DNA of 64,000 nt from Ginglymostoma cirratum (taxonomy: Eukaryota), in contig JAHRHZ010000099.1 of the NCBI GenBank assembly GCA_024137785.1, positions 1,317,262 through 1,381,261 on the forward strand, given 5' to 3'. The notes under the pieces are model-generated. The model was not told the origin of the DNA. It saw nothing but the letters and a program-made list of their open reading frames with translations, and ran no database searches. A program made the translations under genes and the position numbers. This document shows, one piece after another, positions 38,001 through 50,989 of the stretch. Within the stretch, counting starts at the first letter, position 1. Each line of letters starts with the position of its first letter.

Positions 38001-38785
38001 GTCTTGAGTTCTTCTTCCCTTTAATTTTTTTCCTAATTTTCAATGGAGTTGAAGCTTCCTCGTCACCTGCTAACCTGCTGCTTTGCCTTACATTAATTGT
38101 TATTCTCCGTCTACGCTCACTTCTCCCTTCCCCCCCTACTTACTAGTTTAAAGTCCTATTAACCACCCTATTTACCCTTTTCGCCAGAACACTGGACCCA
38201 GCCCTGTTCGGGTGGAGTCCATCCCAGTGGTATAGATCCTTCCTGTCCCAGAACTGATGCCAGTGCCCCATGAAAAGGAAATCCTCTTTCCCACACCACT
38301 CTTTTAGCCACATGTTTACTTCCCTGATCCTCGCCTCCCTATGCCAATTTGCACGTGGCTCGGGCGGCAATCCAGAGATTATGACCATTGAAGACCTGTT
38401 TTTTTAATTTTGTTCCTAGCTTTTCATAATCCCGAAACAGGTCTTTTTTCCTAGTCCTACCTATGTTGTTGGTACCTCCGTGGACCACAACAACTGGATC
38501 CTCCCCCTCCCTGTCTAGTATCCCCTCAAGCCGGACAGCGATATCTCGCACCCTGGCACCGGGCAGGCAACACACCTTGCGGGATTCTCTATCCTGCTCG
38601 CAAAGGATACTGTCTATCCCCCTGATGATGGAATCCCCTACAACTACAATCTGGCTTTTAGCTCCCCCTCTCTTGAATGGCTTCCTGGACCATGGTGCCA
38701 TGGTCAGTTGACTCAGCCTTCCTGCAGCCCTGTTTCTCATCCACGCAGGAAGCAAGTGCCTATTACCTGTGGGACAATGTCAACT
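35058..38785 (-). mobile_element. Large, relatively young CR1 LINE (5'-truncated) in the J-C intron of pseudogene 2
   Basis: ORF1 SGNH-esterase motifs (VVVGDSIIRG, HGGTNNIG, DGLHPN) at 38143-38755. ORF2 endonuclease (LYVNAWSIRNK, IMGDFN, RSDH) and RT (QHGFMKGRSCLTNL, LDFQKAFD, GVPQGSVLG, FADD) run to the stop at 35157, broken by a few frameshifts and a deletion. It is nested in an older LINE fragment (34750-35057 and 38790-39070). Confidence 0.95.
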
Positions 38786-39793
38786 TTTAAAGTAACATGG
38801 TGCTGCTTTCTCCTGGATGGTGCCAAGCTTCTTGAGTGTTTTTGGAGCTGCACCCTTCGAGGCAATTAGAGAGTATTCCGTCACATTCTTGACCTGTGCC
38901 TTTCAGATGGTAAATAGGCTTTTTGGAAGTCAGAGGCCGACTTACTCATCACAAAATTGCCAGCTTCCGACTGACTATTAAAGCCACAGTGTTGATAAAG
39001 ATTGGTCTGGTTAAGATTTGGGTCAATGGTAATCCATGTTGTTGGCGCAGGTTTCAGCAGTGGTCACACTTTACTATCGATTTGACAGCATAGCAACATA
39101 GAAATAGGAGCAGGGATGGGCCATTCGACCCTTCGAGCCTGCTACTAAGCATGTCAACGTCTATCAAACAAAACTAAAATCGATATTCTCCATAGCCCAC
39201 AGTGAAACTCCTTCCTTAACAAACAATCACACATTTCATTATATAGAGATAAGAAATATTCCCAAAGAAGGAACAAATTGCGATTAATAATAGCAACCCA
39301 ATGTTTCAATTCTGAAGTTTACCTGCAAGCATTGACTAGCATGCCCTTGCAAAAGAGCTCGAGGACGAAACATACAAACAGAGCAGTAAAACTGCCTTTA
39401 GCTTGAATAATATGACAATATTAACGATAAGGAGGGGTAAATATGCGGCACTACCGTTTCAGTGCGCCTACTATGGTTCGGACGTATTTTTATTTAATAT
39501 TGTTGGAAATGTATTTTGATTCTGATTAACTGCATCACATCTCTATCCGCACATTGACATGACAAACCCAAAGGAATAGAATGTCCATTTCGCTCTAGCG
39601 AGATTTAAGGAAGAAAATAAAAACGCTTGCATTTATATATCGCCTCTCATGGCCTCTGAGAATTGCCTTTGGGCAGATTGGGTGCTTTTAAAATTATAAT
39701 CGTTGTAGTAACAAGACGTTTGGCGGTCAATTATGGCAAGTTAAGTTCCTATAAATTGCGACTCGATTATGACCCGATGGTCTGCTTTACTGG

Positions 39794-39978
39794 AGATAAA
39801 AGGTACTGCAGATGGTGGAGAATCCGAGATAACAAGGTGTGGGGCTGGATGAACACAGCAGGCCAAGCAGCATCATAGGAGCAGGAAAGAAGGGTCCAGG
39901 CCCGAAACGTCAAGCTTTCCTGCTCCTATGATGCTGCTTGGCCTGCTGTGTTCATCCAGCCCCACACCTTGTTATCTC
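39794..39978 (-). mobile_element. Palindromic Penelope-like insertion with target-site duplication
   Basis: Perfect 66-bp inverted arms at 39824-39889 and 39915-39980, with a 30-nt tail. The direct repeat (GG)TCTGCTTTACTGG lies at 39779-39793 and 39979-39993. Confidence 0.85.
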
Positions 39979-40262
39979 GGTCTGCTTTACTGGCATTGGT
40001 TGTAGGATAAGTATTGATCTTGACATTCTTCCTCAAATTTAGCGCCTTTAGATATTTTATACACCCTATTAAAGACTGATTGTCGTCCACTTTTAAATCT
40101 CATTTTATTTTTACGAAAGGCAGTTGATGACGTTGAATTCAGGAGCAAATGAGCCATGTGTAAATAAATCAAGAATCAATCCAGGTCAAATAATTCCTTA
40201 CACGAGGCATGCACAGGAAAGTTTTCTCCTAGAAACAGTCAGAAGACTACGTATTCTCGAGT

Positions 40263-40468
40263 AAAACAAACAACTACTATCGCTGGAGATCGGAAACATA
40301 AGGGGGAAATACACAAATTGCTGGAGAAACTCAGCTGATATGGCAGCTGGAAAGAAAACAGAAGTTGGGTTTCTGAAGAAGGGCCACTGGACTGGAGACG
40401 TTAACTCTGCTTTCTCTCTCCAAAGATGTTGCCAGACCCGGTGAGTTTCTCTAGCAATTTCTGTTTTT
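40263..40468. mobile_element. Older palindromic Penelope-like fragment
   Basis: Inverted arms AATTGCTGGAGAAACTCA / TGAGTTTCTCTAGCAATT around a central CTGAAGA-AGGGCCACTGGACTG-GAGACGTTA. Imperfect flanking repeat GTATTC.CGA.T. Confidence 0.6.
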
Positions 40469-41106
40469 GTATTCCCGAATGCTTGATCTGAATTCTTTGG
40501 TACTATCTTTGAATATTAAAGAAGCTCTAAGTGATCACTGCACTCGATTTCATATCTCTCAAATGCATCAGGAATTAAGAGACGTGTCCATGTTTTCCCT
40601 TCTTTTTTATCTATCGCCCCGAGTCTCTGTTTTTCTATTTCTCTCTATCTGTTTCTACCTCTCCTTTTGCACCATCACCATGAGTTCTGAAGAAGACACA
40701 CTGAACCCGAAACATTAACTCTGCTTTCCCTCCTGCTGAATTCTCCAGCAACTTCTGTTCTTGTTTCTGGTTCCGGCATCCGCATTTCTTTTTTTTTGTT
40801 ATTATTGAGTGAAATACTTCCAGGTTGTTTTTCAAATTATGGTAATTACGCCCATTGAATCATTGTTCACTATTGTTAAACTAATCAGGGAACGAAATCT
40901 GTTCTGTCTTTATGTTTTGAAAATGTTTGCTTCCTATATTTAATAGGCCGTTGATTAAAAAGTTGGTTACAGTCCACAGCACCAAATTGTTTCGTGTACC
41001 TGGTATTGTAACATGCATGAAGCAATTAGTAATATTTCTGACTATATGTTGGATAAAGGAAAAACAAAATCCGTTGATCAGAGTGAATGAAGCAAATGTT
41101 ACTTAC

Positions 41107-41455
41107 TCAGAGCAGTCAGTTTGGTCCCTCCACCGAAATAAAAAGCACTGCTCTGCCACCAGCCACAATAATAATCGGCGGCGTCCTCCAGTTAAACTCC
41201 GCTGATAGTCAAATACGCGGCGTTTGTTGACGATTAACTCCTGCCAGAGAATCGATCAGGGATCCCGGAGCCTTCGCTATCACGGTTAAGATCATGATAG
41301 AGTACGAATCGAGGAGCAGACTCGGGTTTCTGCTGGTCCTATCCTATGTCAGCGTTTCCCAAATTTCCACCTGACACGCTACAACTTATTTTAACCGTCC
41401 CTTGGTGCGATGGATACCGATTTCGGTTGAGTTAATGCGATCTGCGCGTTTGAAC
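41107..41455 (-). pseudogene. Germline-joined VJ exon pseudogene (paralog 2)
   Basis: Intact splice sites (TACAG|GT and CTG A|GTAAGT). Reconstructed: [109 protein letters not shown]. It has a 2-nt deletion in FR1 and three stops, including the invariant Trp changed to TAG. Confidence 0.95.
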
Positions 41456-41557
41456 CTGTAACAGAAAGAGCAACATTAGAACATGGTAGTCATCTGATTG
41501 ATATGGTGTTTCTCTATGCAACAAAACCTTATCTACAATGACATCTTGAGAACTTAC

Positions 41558-41609
41558 AGACTGTGGCGGTGAGCAGAGTTGAGATGACACACACCCGTTG
41601 GGACACCCT
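41558..41609 (-). pseudogene. Leader exon of pseudogene 2 (ATG mutated to AGG)
   Basis: 52 nt collinear with the gene 1 leader, reading AGG GTG TCC CAA CGG GTG TGT GTC ATC ... GTC T|GTAAGT. Confidence 0.88.
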
Positions 41610-41719
41610 GAATTCAGAGAGTCCGGCAGGTTTGCAGGCAGAAGGCATTAACGCTTACCCAGGTCGCTTTGTCTTATCATTGTGCAGAAAGAGGGCAGAT
41701 TGCCAAGTGGTTCTCCATT

Positions 41720-41727
41720 ATGCAAAT
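41720..41727 (-). promoter_or_regulatory. Ig octamer of pseudogene 2
   Basis: Perfect ATTTGCAT on the minus strand about 110 nt upstream of the former start codon. Confidence 0.85.
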
Positions 41728-44700
41728 ATGGGTTGGCGTTACGAACTCCAATCGACCGTTGATCCAAGTCACAGGATTTGAAAACAGCCAGGAGACATTG
41801 GATTGAGTAAAAACGCAATATCGTTCTGACGTTTCTAACTGCCTAAACGGAACGAAGAAGTCAGTTTTTTAAACAAAAATCACGATCAGTTGATCTTTCC
41901 TTTTACACGGAAAGTTTAGGGAAAACTTCCACTGAAGGCAATGTTGTCAATACGCCAAGACAACCTTCGTATTAAGCTTCGAAACCAATACCTAGAAATT
42001 CAACTACATCCTGCCAGAATCCAAGACGAAATTATATTCAGATACATTACCTTTACAATGAAGTATTTTTATTGAGTTTGAAGATGTTAATGGCATTTAG
42101 GGAAGATTAATTTCAAGTGAATTTTCAAGGTAATTTATACCACACAACATTTACTACTTTATTCAATAAAAACATCAAATCATTTGCTTTGAATAATTAA
42201 ACATTTTGACATTACATAATTTGGAGGTTTGTTACACTTTGCCTGAATTGAAATTACAATGCTTGCGTCAGGATAAAGAAATTAATATAGTTTAAACTTA
42301 ACGCAGGAATAGGGGTTCTTATGGAGCAAAGGTAGTGCCCCTATTTTTGCATTACTAGGCCTGGGTTCAATTCCTATCTATCCCTGATGTGTGTCAAGCC
42401 ATGTCTGAACAGGTTGATTAGGAAAAATATCTCCACTTAACGCAGAGAGGTGTCAAACGATTCATTGGTATAGGAGGAATGGGAGAGCGCGATTTAAACA
42501 TTGGAAGGCAATTGTAGATTTCTCAGATCAATTTGTTCAGCAAAGTTATTATACGTTTCTGGAGCAGGTGGGACTTGAACTTGGGTCGCCTGGCTCAGAG
42601 GGAGAGACACTGCCTACCACCACACTACAAGAAGTGCTATAGATGACGGGACTAGTTGAACAAGCTGTTAAAAACACGTATCATATCCATAGCTTCATCA
42701 TCAGCATTGTTTGCAAAAGCAAGGAAGTCGAGCAAAATGTCTACAAAAGGCTGACCACGACCTGGCTGAAATATAGTGGCTAATCCTGGTCACCACACTT
42801 TGAGAAGAATGTCAAGGCCTCGGTAAAGATGCACAGGACGCTCATTCACTTGAGTGACATCAGACGTGAAAGACTTCGGTACCATGGAGCGATGAGAATG
42901 TCCGAAATTGGTATTCTCCGAGCACAGATTGTTGAGGGGTGATTTGATCCGGCTGTAGGAAGCGAAGAAGCTGGCTTAGAGAGGAAATAAGAATAAACTG
43001 TTCCCAATGACAGAGGAAACTGATTAGATGCTATGCGTAAAAGAATTGTGACGATGGAAACAAATAACTCTACGCAACATTTATTTTTCATAACATTGCA
43101 TGCCTTGCCTGAAACAGTGGTGGACACAAATGGGATAATAAGTTCTGAAAAGGTAAGATGAATACTTGAAATAGGAAAATGTGCAAACCCTCTCATGGCC
43201 ATTTCCTAATAGGATTGTCCAAAACCAAAGGCTTCCTAACAAAACGGCTCAGTTTGATTCCCTTAGCCGCGGACTGTGTCACACAAGTTCCTTGACCTTC
43301 CGGGCGGATTCATCGTTAAGGCGAACAGCCGCATTCTGATCAACCTGCTGAAAGCCAAAAGAGGCACTGCGCAAATGCAAAATGCTGCCTTACTCTTTTA
43401 ATCCTTTAAGTACTCTTTAGTAACCCCTTATCACGCCTTTACTGCTATTATTTAAACGGTCGTGTCAAAAATGCCTGAACCTACAAAGAATTGCACAGTT
43501 AAAGGAAATATCTGAAATTTAAGTTCAATGCAGCAGGATTAAACATTCGTGATGTCCTGTTCACTTCCTGTGAATCAGCTGATTTAGGCTTCTGCGGTAT
43601 TTTTTCTTGCACATCAATGTTCTAACAAAAAATAAAATTTCAGTTATTTTATTTAAACAAAAACATCGGCAGCTGAAAATACATGCAATCACTGTTAACA
43701 AAAAGAAACTGACATAGCTTGAATCCATTCCAACCTTTAGATGCAGCAATGAGAGGTTAGTAGATCTTTTCATGTGAATTGTCCGGCAGCAGAATACACT
43801 ACAGTTATCATTATTCTTTCTACAGTTGGATGCGATCACTGTTAATTTGTCATGATTTGGACAATTGATTAATATGATTTGTACGTTTCAAGTTTCCTTG
43901 CAGTCATTTTCTACAAAATACGTTCGATTTCTAAAGCAAATTGTAGTCATGTGAGTTTTATTATAAATGAGGGGAGCTGTAATTAATCTACTGACATTTC
44001 GCTTTGTGAATCCCGAAATATCATACACAGTAAATTATTCGTCTACCTAGATCTGTTGATTTTTAATTTTTTTTTACGTCTACTGGGCTGGGAAAACTCT
44101 GGGCCTAGGTGCTCAATAACAGTTATCTGATCTTTCCTTTCTGACTGTTAAAATAAGATTTATTTAACACAGAGACAGACAATAATAATCAAAATATTTC
44201 AGCAAAACTTTCGTGGAAAGGTTTCAACTAACGCAAGAAGTGAAAGGCAGGAAGGAAGGTGGAAGTCATTTTATTTAGTCAAGCTGAATCATTTATTCAT
44301 GTACTATAATATAAGGAAAAAGTTCCAGTTATAAAACAAAAAGAATTATATCCCCGGCTTGTTATCATCCACCTCCTCCATCAGTTGAGGAATCAGTAGT
44401 CCTGCATGTTAAATATCATTTGGAAGAAGCACTGAATTTAGCAAGGGTTCTGAGTGTTCTCTGGTGTGGGATTCCAAATGAAGCGTTATGAAGCGTGGTT
44501 CCCATCCACTACTACAGACTGAACTGGCTGAGTCCTATAGAATTTATCGGTCAGACTGGGCCAATGACAGGTGGACAGAAAACCAGCAAGAAGGAAAATC
44601 TAGTTCATCAATTTATTTGTTCTGGGCGAATCTGCTCATGATAATAGAAGTGATAACTTCACAGTTCTTCTAGAAATGAAAACCTATCTTCAAGCTGAGA

Positions 44701-45030
44701 GTATGTTCCACCTGGTTGTGTAGAACCACCACAGTGATGATGAGATAAATTAAGAACAGATCTAGCAACCCAAAATATGGCGGCCAAGAAGCATTGTGGG
44801 CAATTGGCAGCAGGAATTACATTCAACACCAATCCATCACCTCATTGCACTGCAAACGTCTCACTCTACCGTAACTACAAAGTCAGTAAAATCACCAGGG
44901 CTCAATGATGAGACCATGCCAGGAGCAGCACTAAGAATTTCGAAATTAGTCGCCAAACTGGTGAAGATACAACACATGTGTCATAGGTATCAGACTTCTG
45001 CGGGGAAGAAGGAAAGATGGTTTCATTTCG

Positions 45031-45352
45031 AGCGGCACGGTGGCACAGTGGTTAGCACTGCTGCCTCACAGCACCAGGGACCCCGGTTTGATTCCAGCCT
45101 CTGGCGACCGTCTGTGTGGAGTTTGCACATGCTCCCCGTGTCTGCGTGGGTTTCCTCCAGGTGCTCCGGTTTCCTCCCACAGTCCAAACGTGTGCAGGTT
45201 AGGTGGATTGGCCATGCTAAATTGCCCGTAGTGTTCAGGGAGGTGTAAATTAGGTGGGCTATATGGGGATAGGTCTGGGTGGATGCTCTGAGGTTCAGTG
45301 TGGACTTGTTGGGCCGAAGGGCCTGTTTCCACACTGTAGGGATTCTATGATT
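45031..45352 (+). mobile_element. HE1-type V-SINE of sharks and rays
   Basis: tRNA-like head GGCACGGTGGCACAGTGGTTAGCACTGCTGCCTCACAGC, V-domain TGTGTGGAGTTTGCAC...GGGTTTCCTCC...TCCGGTTTCCTCCCACAGTCCAAA, and CR1-type tail GGGCCGAAGGGCCTGTTTCC...GATTCTATGATT. Confidence 0.9.
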
Positions 45353-45978
45353 GTTTGCCACATGCATGAAAGTAGCAGTAGAAGAATGCTATAAACAGAA
45401 CTAAGCAATCACACGATCAATACATTAGATTAGAGATGTTCAGTCCTGCCACATTCAATTATGAATGATTGTGGACACTTGAACAACTGACTGGAGAAAG
45501 ATGCTGCAAAACTGTCTCATCATCAATGAAAAGCAAGGACGAAGCATTTGCAACCATCTTCAGCCAGAGCTGCTGATGAGATAAATAGTGCTGTCTTCCT
45601 CCTGAGGTCTCTAGAATCGGAGATTTTAGCCTTCACTGTATGACTGTGATATGGCTGGAGTCACTGAATAGAACAAAGGCTATGGGGTTTGACATCAACC
45701 CACTGTAAGACTGAAGATCTTTGTCCCAGAAATAGGTATACACATAGCCAAGCTGTTCCAAGAGAGGTGCAACATCCAACAATGCAGAAGATTGTTACAA
45801 TATATTCAGTTCACAAGTGGGTGAAAAATCTCGTCGATCAAATACTGTCCTATCAGCCTACACTCAATCAGCAGTGGGCTAACAGAAAGTGTCCTTGACC
45901 GTACCATCAACAGCAATTACCTGCTCACTGACTACTGGGCTGGGAAAACTCTGGGCCTAGGTGCTCAATAACAGTTAT

Positions 45979-45988
45979 NNNNNNNNNN
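45979..45988. other. Assembly gap (10 N)
   Basis: A run of N within a segment that duplicates 44080-44560. Confidence 0.99.
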
Positions 45989-48929
45989 TGGAAGTCATTT
46001 TATTTAGTCAAGCTGAATCATTTATTCATGTACTACAATATAAGGAAAAAGTTCCAGTTATAAAACAAAAAGAATTATATCCCCGGCTTGTTATCATCCA
46101 CCTCCTCCATCAGTTGAGGAATCAGTAGTCCTGCATGTTAAATATCATTTGGAAGAAGCACTGAATTTAGCAAGGGTTCTGAGTGTTCTCTGGTGTGGGA
46201 TTCCAAATGAAGCGTTATGAAGCGTGGTTCCCATCCACTACTACAGACTGAACTGGCTGAGTCCTATAGAATTTATCGGTCAGACTGGGTTCTGATCAGT
46301 CCATATACCAGAAGCCTTCATTGCAGCCTTGGTTCAGACATGGCAAAAAAAGTTGACTTCTAGAGGTGAGGTGAGAGGTGAGAGGTGACATTGAGACAGC
46401 ATTTGATTGAGTGTGACATCCAGGAGTCTTAACAAAATTGAAGTAAATGGGAATCAAACAGGAGTTCTTCAATTTTTGGAGTCATACATTGCACAAAGGT
46501 TGTGGTTGTTGGTGACCAACTATCTCAGTGCCAGGATGTAGCTGCAGGAGCTCCTCAAGTAGGTGTCCTAGGCTTAATTATACTTTGTTAATTACCTTAC
46601 CTCTAAAAGAAAGTCTAAAGTGGGAATGTTTGTTAATAATTACAGTGTTTGCTACAATTGGTAACCTCTCACACATTGAAGTAATCTGTGTTGGCATCCA
46701 ACAGGCCCTGGACATCTTATGGGTTGGAACCGATAAGTGATACATAACACTCATACAATAAAAGTCCCAGGGAACATCTATCTCCAATAAAGAACCTCAC
46801 AAACTTCCCTTCATGGTGAATAGCATTACCATCACTGGATCTCCCATCATTAGCACTCTGGAGGCGTCTGTGTGCGTGTGTGTGTACGGTGGGCAGTGGT
46901 GGGGGTGGTTATCATCAACCGCACAAACACAGCCACAAATGGAAAAGAGAATTAAATCTTGTTAATTATTTATTAATCTTGTTAATTAAATTGTTTCCAT
47001 GTAATTCTTTTGGGGAAATAAAACTGCCTGGACCTGTTTAAGGGCATATTCATTTCCATTCTTTGGATACATTTGTGGCAGCCAATGACTAAAGTTGACA
47101 AGATGGCCATTTGGGGTTGGCAGCTACATATAGCAGATGTTCACAGCCAGGCTTGTAATCTCCATTTAGAGATATTGGATAAGATAAGACTTTCCATGGG
47201 AGGAAAGGTTAGGGAATTTAATCAGGTTTTTGCAAACAGGCAGTTCTAAGCATATAAGTATTTTAATAAGGGGTATTTTTGAAAGACCTAGTTTAGCCAT
47301 GGTCCCAAATTTGTTATTTAGTAAAATGTAGAAATAAAAGTCAGATCTTACAGTATTCTGAATTTTTAGATAATTATAGAATTAGGAAGACAAACAACAA
47401 ATTAGTGTGAAAAGGTTAGTTTCATTCCCTAAACAAATATTTGTAGGCAATAAAGAGACCCATTGCATTACTATGGAAGATAACATTATAAATGGTGTAA
47501 ACACGACCTCTAAAAGACCAATTGCACAGGAAGAAGGCAGAAGAACGTTGCAAAAAAAGATCATGAGTGGGGAAAGATAAACAATTGAAGTTTACGTGCA
47601 GATGTAAATAATTTGAACAAATTTTTACCCCCAAATATCAAGGGAAAGGTGACAAAGACAAGTTTTGTTCGAAGACATATAAAATTGTAATTTGATTGAA
47701 TTTGACCCTTATCATTGGAATTCAAATAGATGTTCTTTAAGAAAATTAGTAATGGGAAATGTTTAGAGTAGAAACAGTAAATATTAATTTAAAAATGAAA
47801 CTTTAGTTACAGCGTGAAAATAGCAGGGGTCGTAAAACGCAGCTGCAAGTCAGATGGATTGTTTGTTCTATCTCTCAGGCCGAAGTGAAAGGGAGAAATT
47901 GTCAGCTGTGTCATAGAATTGCATAAATTCACATTAGAATTGATTTTGAAGACTTTATAACAATTGGTAGAGAGTAACAATTATAACAATTGGATTGGGG
48001 GATATATCTAACAATGATATCAATATTGCATGTAAGTATTGTAACACGAAAGGAATAAAAATGTGCATCTAGGCTGGGGAACTCAGAGAGTCATTGATCT
48101 CTCCTCTGATCTCAGCTGCAATTAAGGGGACAATTGGGCCCTACATGAAACCCAGATTCGGAGCCATCTCGGGTCTCTTTTACATGTGTTGTAGAAGCGG
48201 TCTGAATAACGGTCGCTTTTATTGCTAAACTCAGAACTCAAGCCTCCTCTTTGATATTTCTCTCTACAACAATATGTATCACAGGCAAGGCAGGCATTTA
48301 TTGCCATTCTCTAGAGTTTCCCATGAGAAGATGGTAATGTACCTTTCCACTTAATCCAATTCATCCAATGTGCACTAAATATCATTAAAGGCTCTCAATG
48401 TCCTGCACTTTAGGGAGTTCCAAAGGCTTGATGCAATGATGGTGAAGGAACAGCTGAAAGTGCCCAAGTCAGGATGGTGTGTAATTGCAGGAGAATCTGG
48501 AGATTATGATATCCCCATATATTGTCCTTCTAAATGATTGAGTTCATGTGTTTGAAAATTGTTTAAATGATACCTTGTTGCACTGCAGACAGTATCTACT
48601 GCGAAAAATAAAGCAATTAAATGAGTTGATGCTGAGCATGGTTGTTCAAGTGCTGAATGAGTGGATTATTTTTCTTTCCTAGGTGATGCTGAACATCTTA
48701 ATCATTGGTACAGCTACACTATAGGAACACAAGGGTGTTCCATCACATTTTTGACATTTGGTTTGTAAATTATATCAAGGCATTGGGAGACCCTACCAGC
48801 CTCCTGCAGGAAACCCAGTGTCTGCTTCACTTCAACAGATGATGGATCAGTCCTTGAGAATAGAAAGATGATTACAAAATCATTAAATGCCAAGGTAAGT
48901 GACTAAGCTATATATTGCCAGATGTAGAG

Positions 48930-49345
48930 TCGCCAGACCGTTGTGAACATAGTCTAGTCCATCACAAAAACTAGCATTCCTTCCATTGCATCCAATTATA
49001 CTTCCCGCTGCCTTGGAAAAGTAGCCAACATAATCAAAGACCCCTCCCCTCCCAGTTACACTCTCTTCCACCCTCTTCCATTGGGTGAAAGGTATACAAG
49101 TTTGAAAACGTGTATCAACAGATTCAAGAATAGCTTCTTCCTTCCTGTTATCAGGCTTATCAATGTACTCCCATATATTACAGTTGATCTTTCTCTGCAC
49201 TTTCTCCGTAGCTGTATCACTATATTCTGCATTCTGTCCTGGTACTCTGATGTATTTACGTAAGATATGATTTGCCTGGATAGCACGCAAAACAATACTT
49301 TTCATTGTAATTGGTACATGTGACAATAATAAATCAAAGCAAATA
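48930..49345 (+). mobile_element. Rex1/Babar-type LINE 3' end
   Basis: Translates KVANIIKDPSPP..TLFHPLPLGERYTSLKTCINRFKNSFFLPVIRLIN. The tail GTACATGTGACAATAA is also seen on short elements ending near 50810 and 52320. Confidence 0.75.
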
Positions 49346-50989
49346 TAGGCATATTTATCTGATGAATTCTGAATGGAACTGAGAAGTCAGCAGACAATAG
49401 CCCAATTTCTGACTTTCTGATGGTGGGAGAGGTCTTAATGAAGCAGCTGAAGATGGATGAGGTTAACATGTGAAGCAAAGAAGTAGGGCAAAGTCATTAG
49501 TCTTTACAACCACAGCCCATTCATGTTTGTGCTACATTTGACTAAAAATATTGAAGAGTTTTCCACCTGATCCTAATGTATTTGAGGTCTACCTTGAATT
49601 ACATCTAGTCAATTTCTGCCTTATTTCGTGACAATTCACTCTCACTCCACTGCTAAATATCTCACCTTGTGTTCACAGTTCTGGCTTAAAGTGTTTCTGT
49701 TTTGTCCATTCTGGTGCAGTTTTGAGCTCTGACATCATTCACTTATTGGGATGTTCACACAATCTCCTCCTCCTTTTTGTTCCTTAACTGCCCCCCATTT
49801 TTCATGATTGAATTTCACAATGAGGCAACGATTTGAACTGATTCATTGATTGTGGAATCTCTCAGCTCCCTATAGATTATGCTGCTTTCACTGTTTGCCA
49901 AGTACAGAGTCTGTGTTATAAAATTGATAGATTGGCACCACAATTGTCAACTGCACCTCATCCTGTACATTGCACTCTTTTCCTTCTTCCTCAGTAAGTC
50001 AGCTTTTGTAATCTAGCCCAACTTCCTTGCCCACTTTCTATGCGAACTTAAACAATTAAACTTTTTTTCCCTCACTGGGGATACTATCATCCTTCGAAAT
50101 TATCATTGAATCCTCAGCATAATCTCTCTCTGCAAAATTTTGAAAGTCACCTGCAAAATCACCTGCTTGAATCCCTCTGATTATATTTCCAATCCCACTA
50201 TGCAACCAGAGATGAGACTTGGACTCCAAGACAACTGGGGACAGGCCATTATGACTAATACAGCCATGGACAGATATGTAACCGATATCAGTAATGCTGA
50301 GGATCAGTTCACAAACGATACTGTCTGTTGTTGGCTTTATCACCACCCACCACAAGTCTCGTCAGCAGCTGTGCCATTCAGGACATCGCAGACTTATTCA
50401 GTTGTGTGAAGTTGGGCTCTGAGAAATTGGATGAGCTGATATTTCTCATGCACTGTAAAATGGACAGATGAGTCACAATCATACATTTTGTTCATCTACG
50501 GAAAATCTATCTCAACCCATGGATATATACCCTTAATCTACAAGGAATGACAAGGTGGTGGAAGTCTTCCTTGAGGCTAAATGTTGCATGGACTAGGTCT
50601 TAAGTTTTCACTTCTTTATTTTACTAATTTATTCCTATGACCACAATAGGAATGCTAGACTATTTATTTCTTTACTTTTCTAATATTTTTGTTTCCTAAG
50701 AAATTGATCTTATGTGTCTGTATCTAGGTACCTTTGCACCTAAGGTGGCACTGTACGGCAGTGACTGTAAACTTGTACTCATTTGAGTACATGTGACAAT
50801 AAAGCTGATGCAAATCAAAACTTGATGCATTTGCAGATACAGTTCCTTATGCCATGTAGGGAGAATAAAAACATACAAAAGTGTCAAATAGGAAAGAATT
50901 GATTAGTCCAACTGACCAGTCTTAGACAGACATGCTGTCTTAAGCATCATGATACAAACACTTCCTATACGGCCAGAGCCACATAATCA

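Larger units (their letters stand above)
44350..46870 (+). mobile_element. Degraded CR1/L2-group LINE (endonuclease and RT remnants) with nested inserts
   Basis: Collinear with the reverse complement of 55050-56970. It contains an HE1 SINE and a duplicated segment around the N gap. Confidence 0.7.

Noticed and set aside
41563-41781. 72-aa plus-strand ORF over the pseudogene 2 leader and promoter
   Set aside because: It is antisense to the leader and octamer region and has no recognisable protein features.
45031-45110. tRNA gene
   Set aside because: It is the tRNA-derived head of an HE1 SINE and continues into the V-domain and LINE tail. No stand-alone tRNA cloverleaf was recognised in the window.
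46920-48271. Possible ERV internal region plus LTR ending in CAACA
   Set aside because: The AT-rich sequence has LTR-like ends, but no paired LTR, PBS or coding motif could be confirmed by eye.
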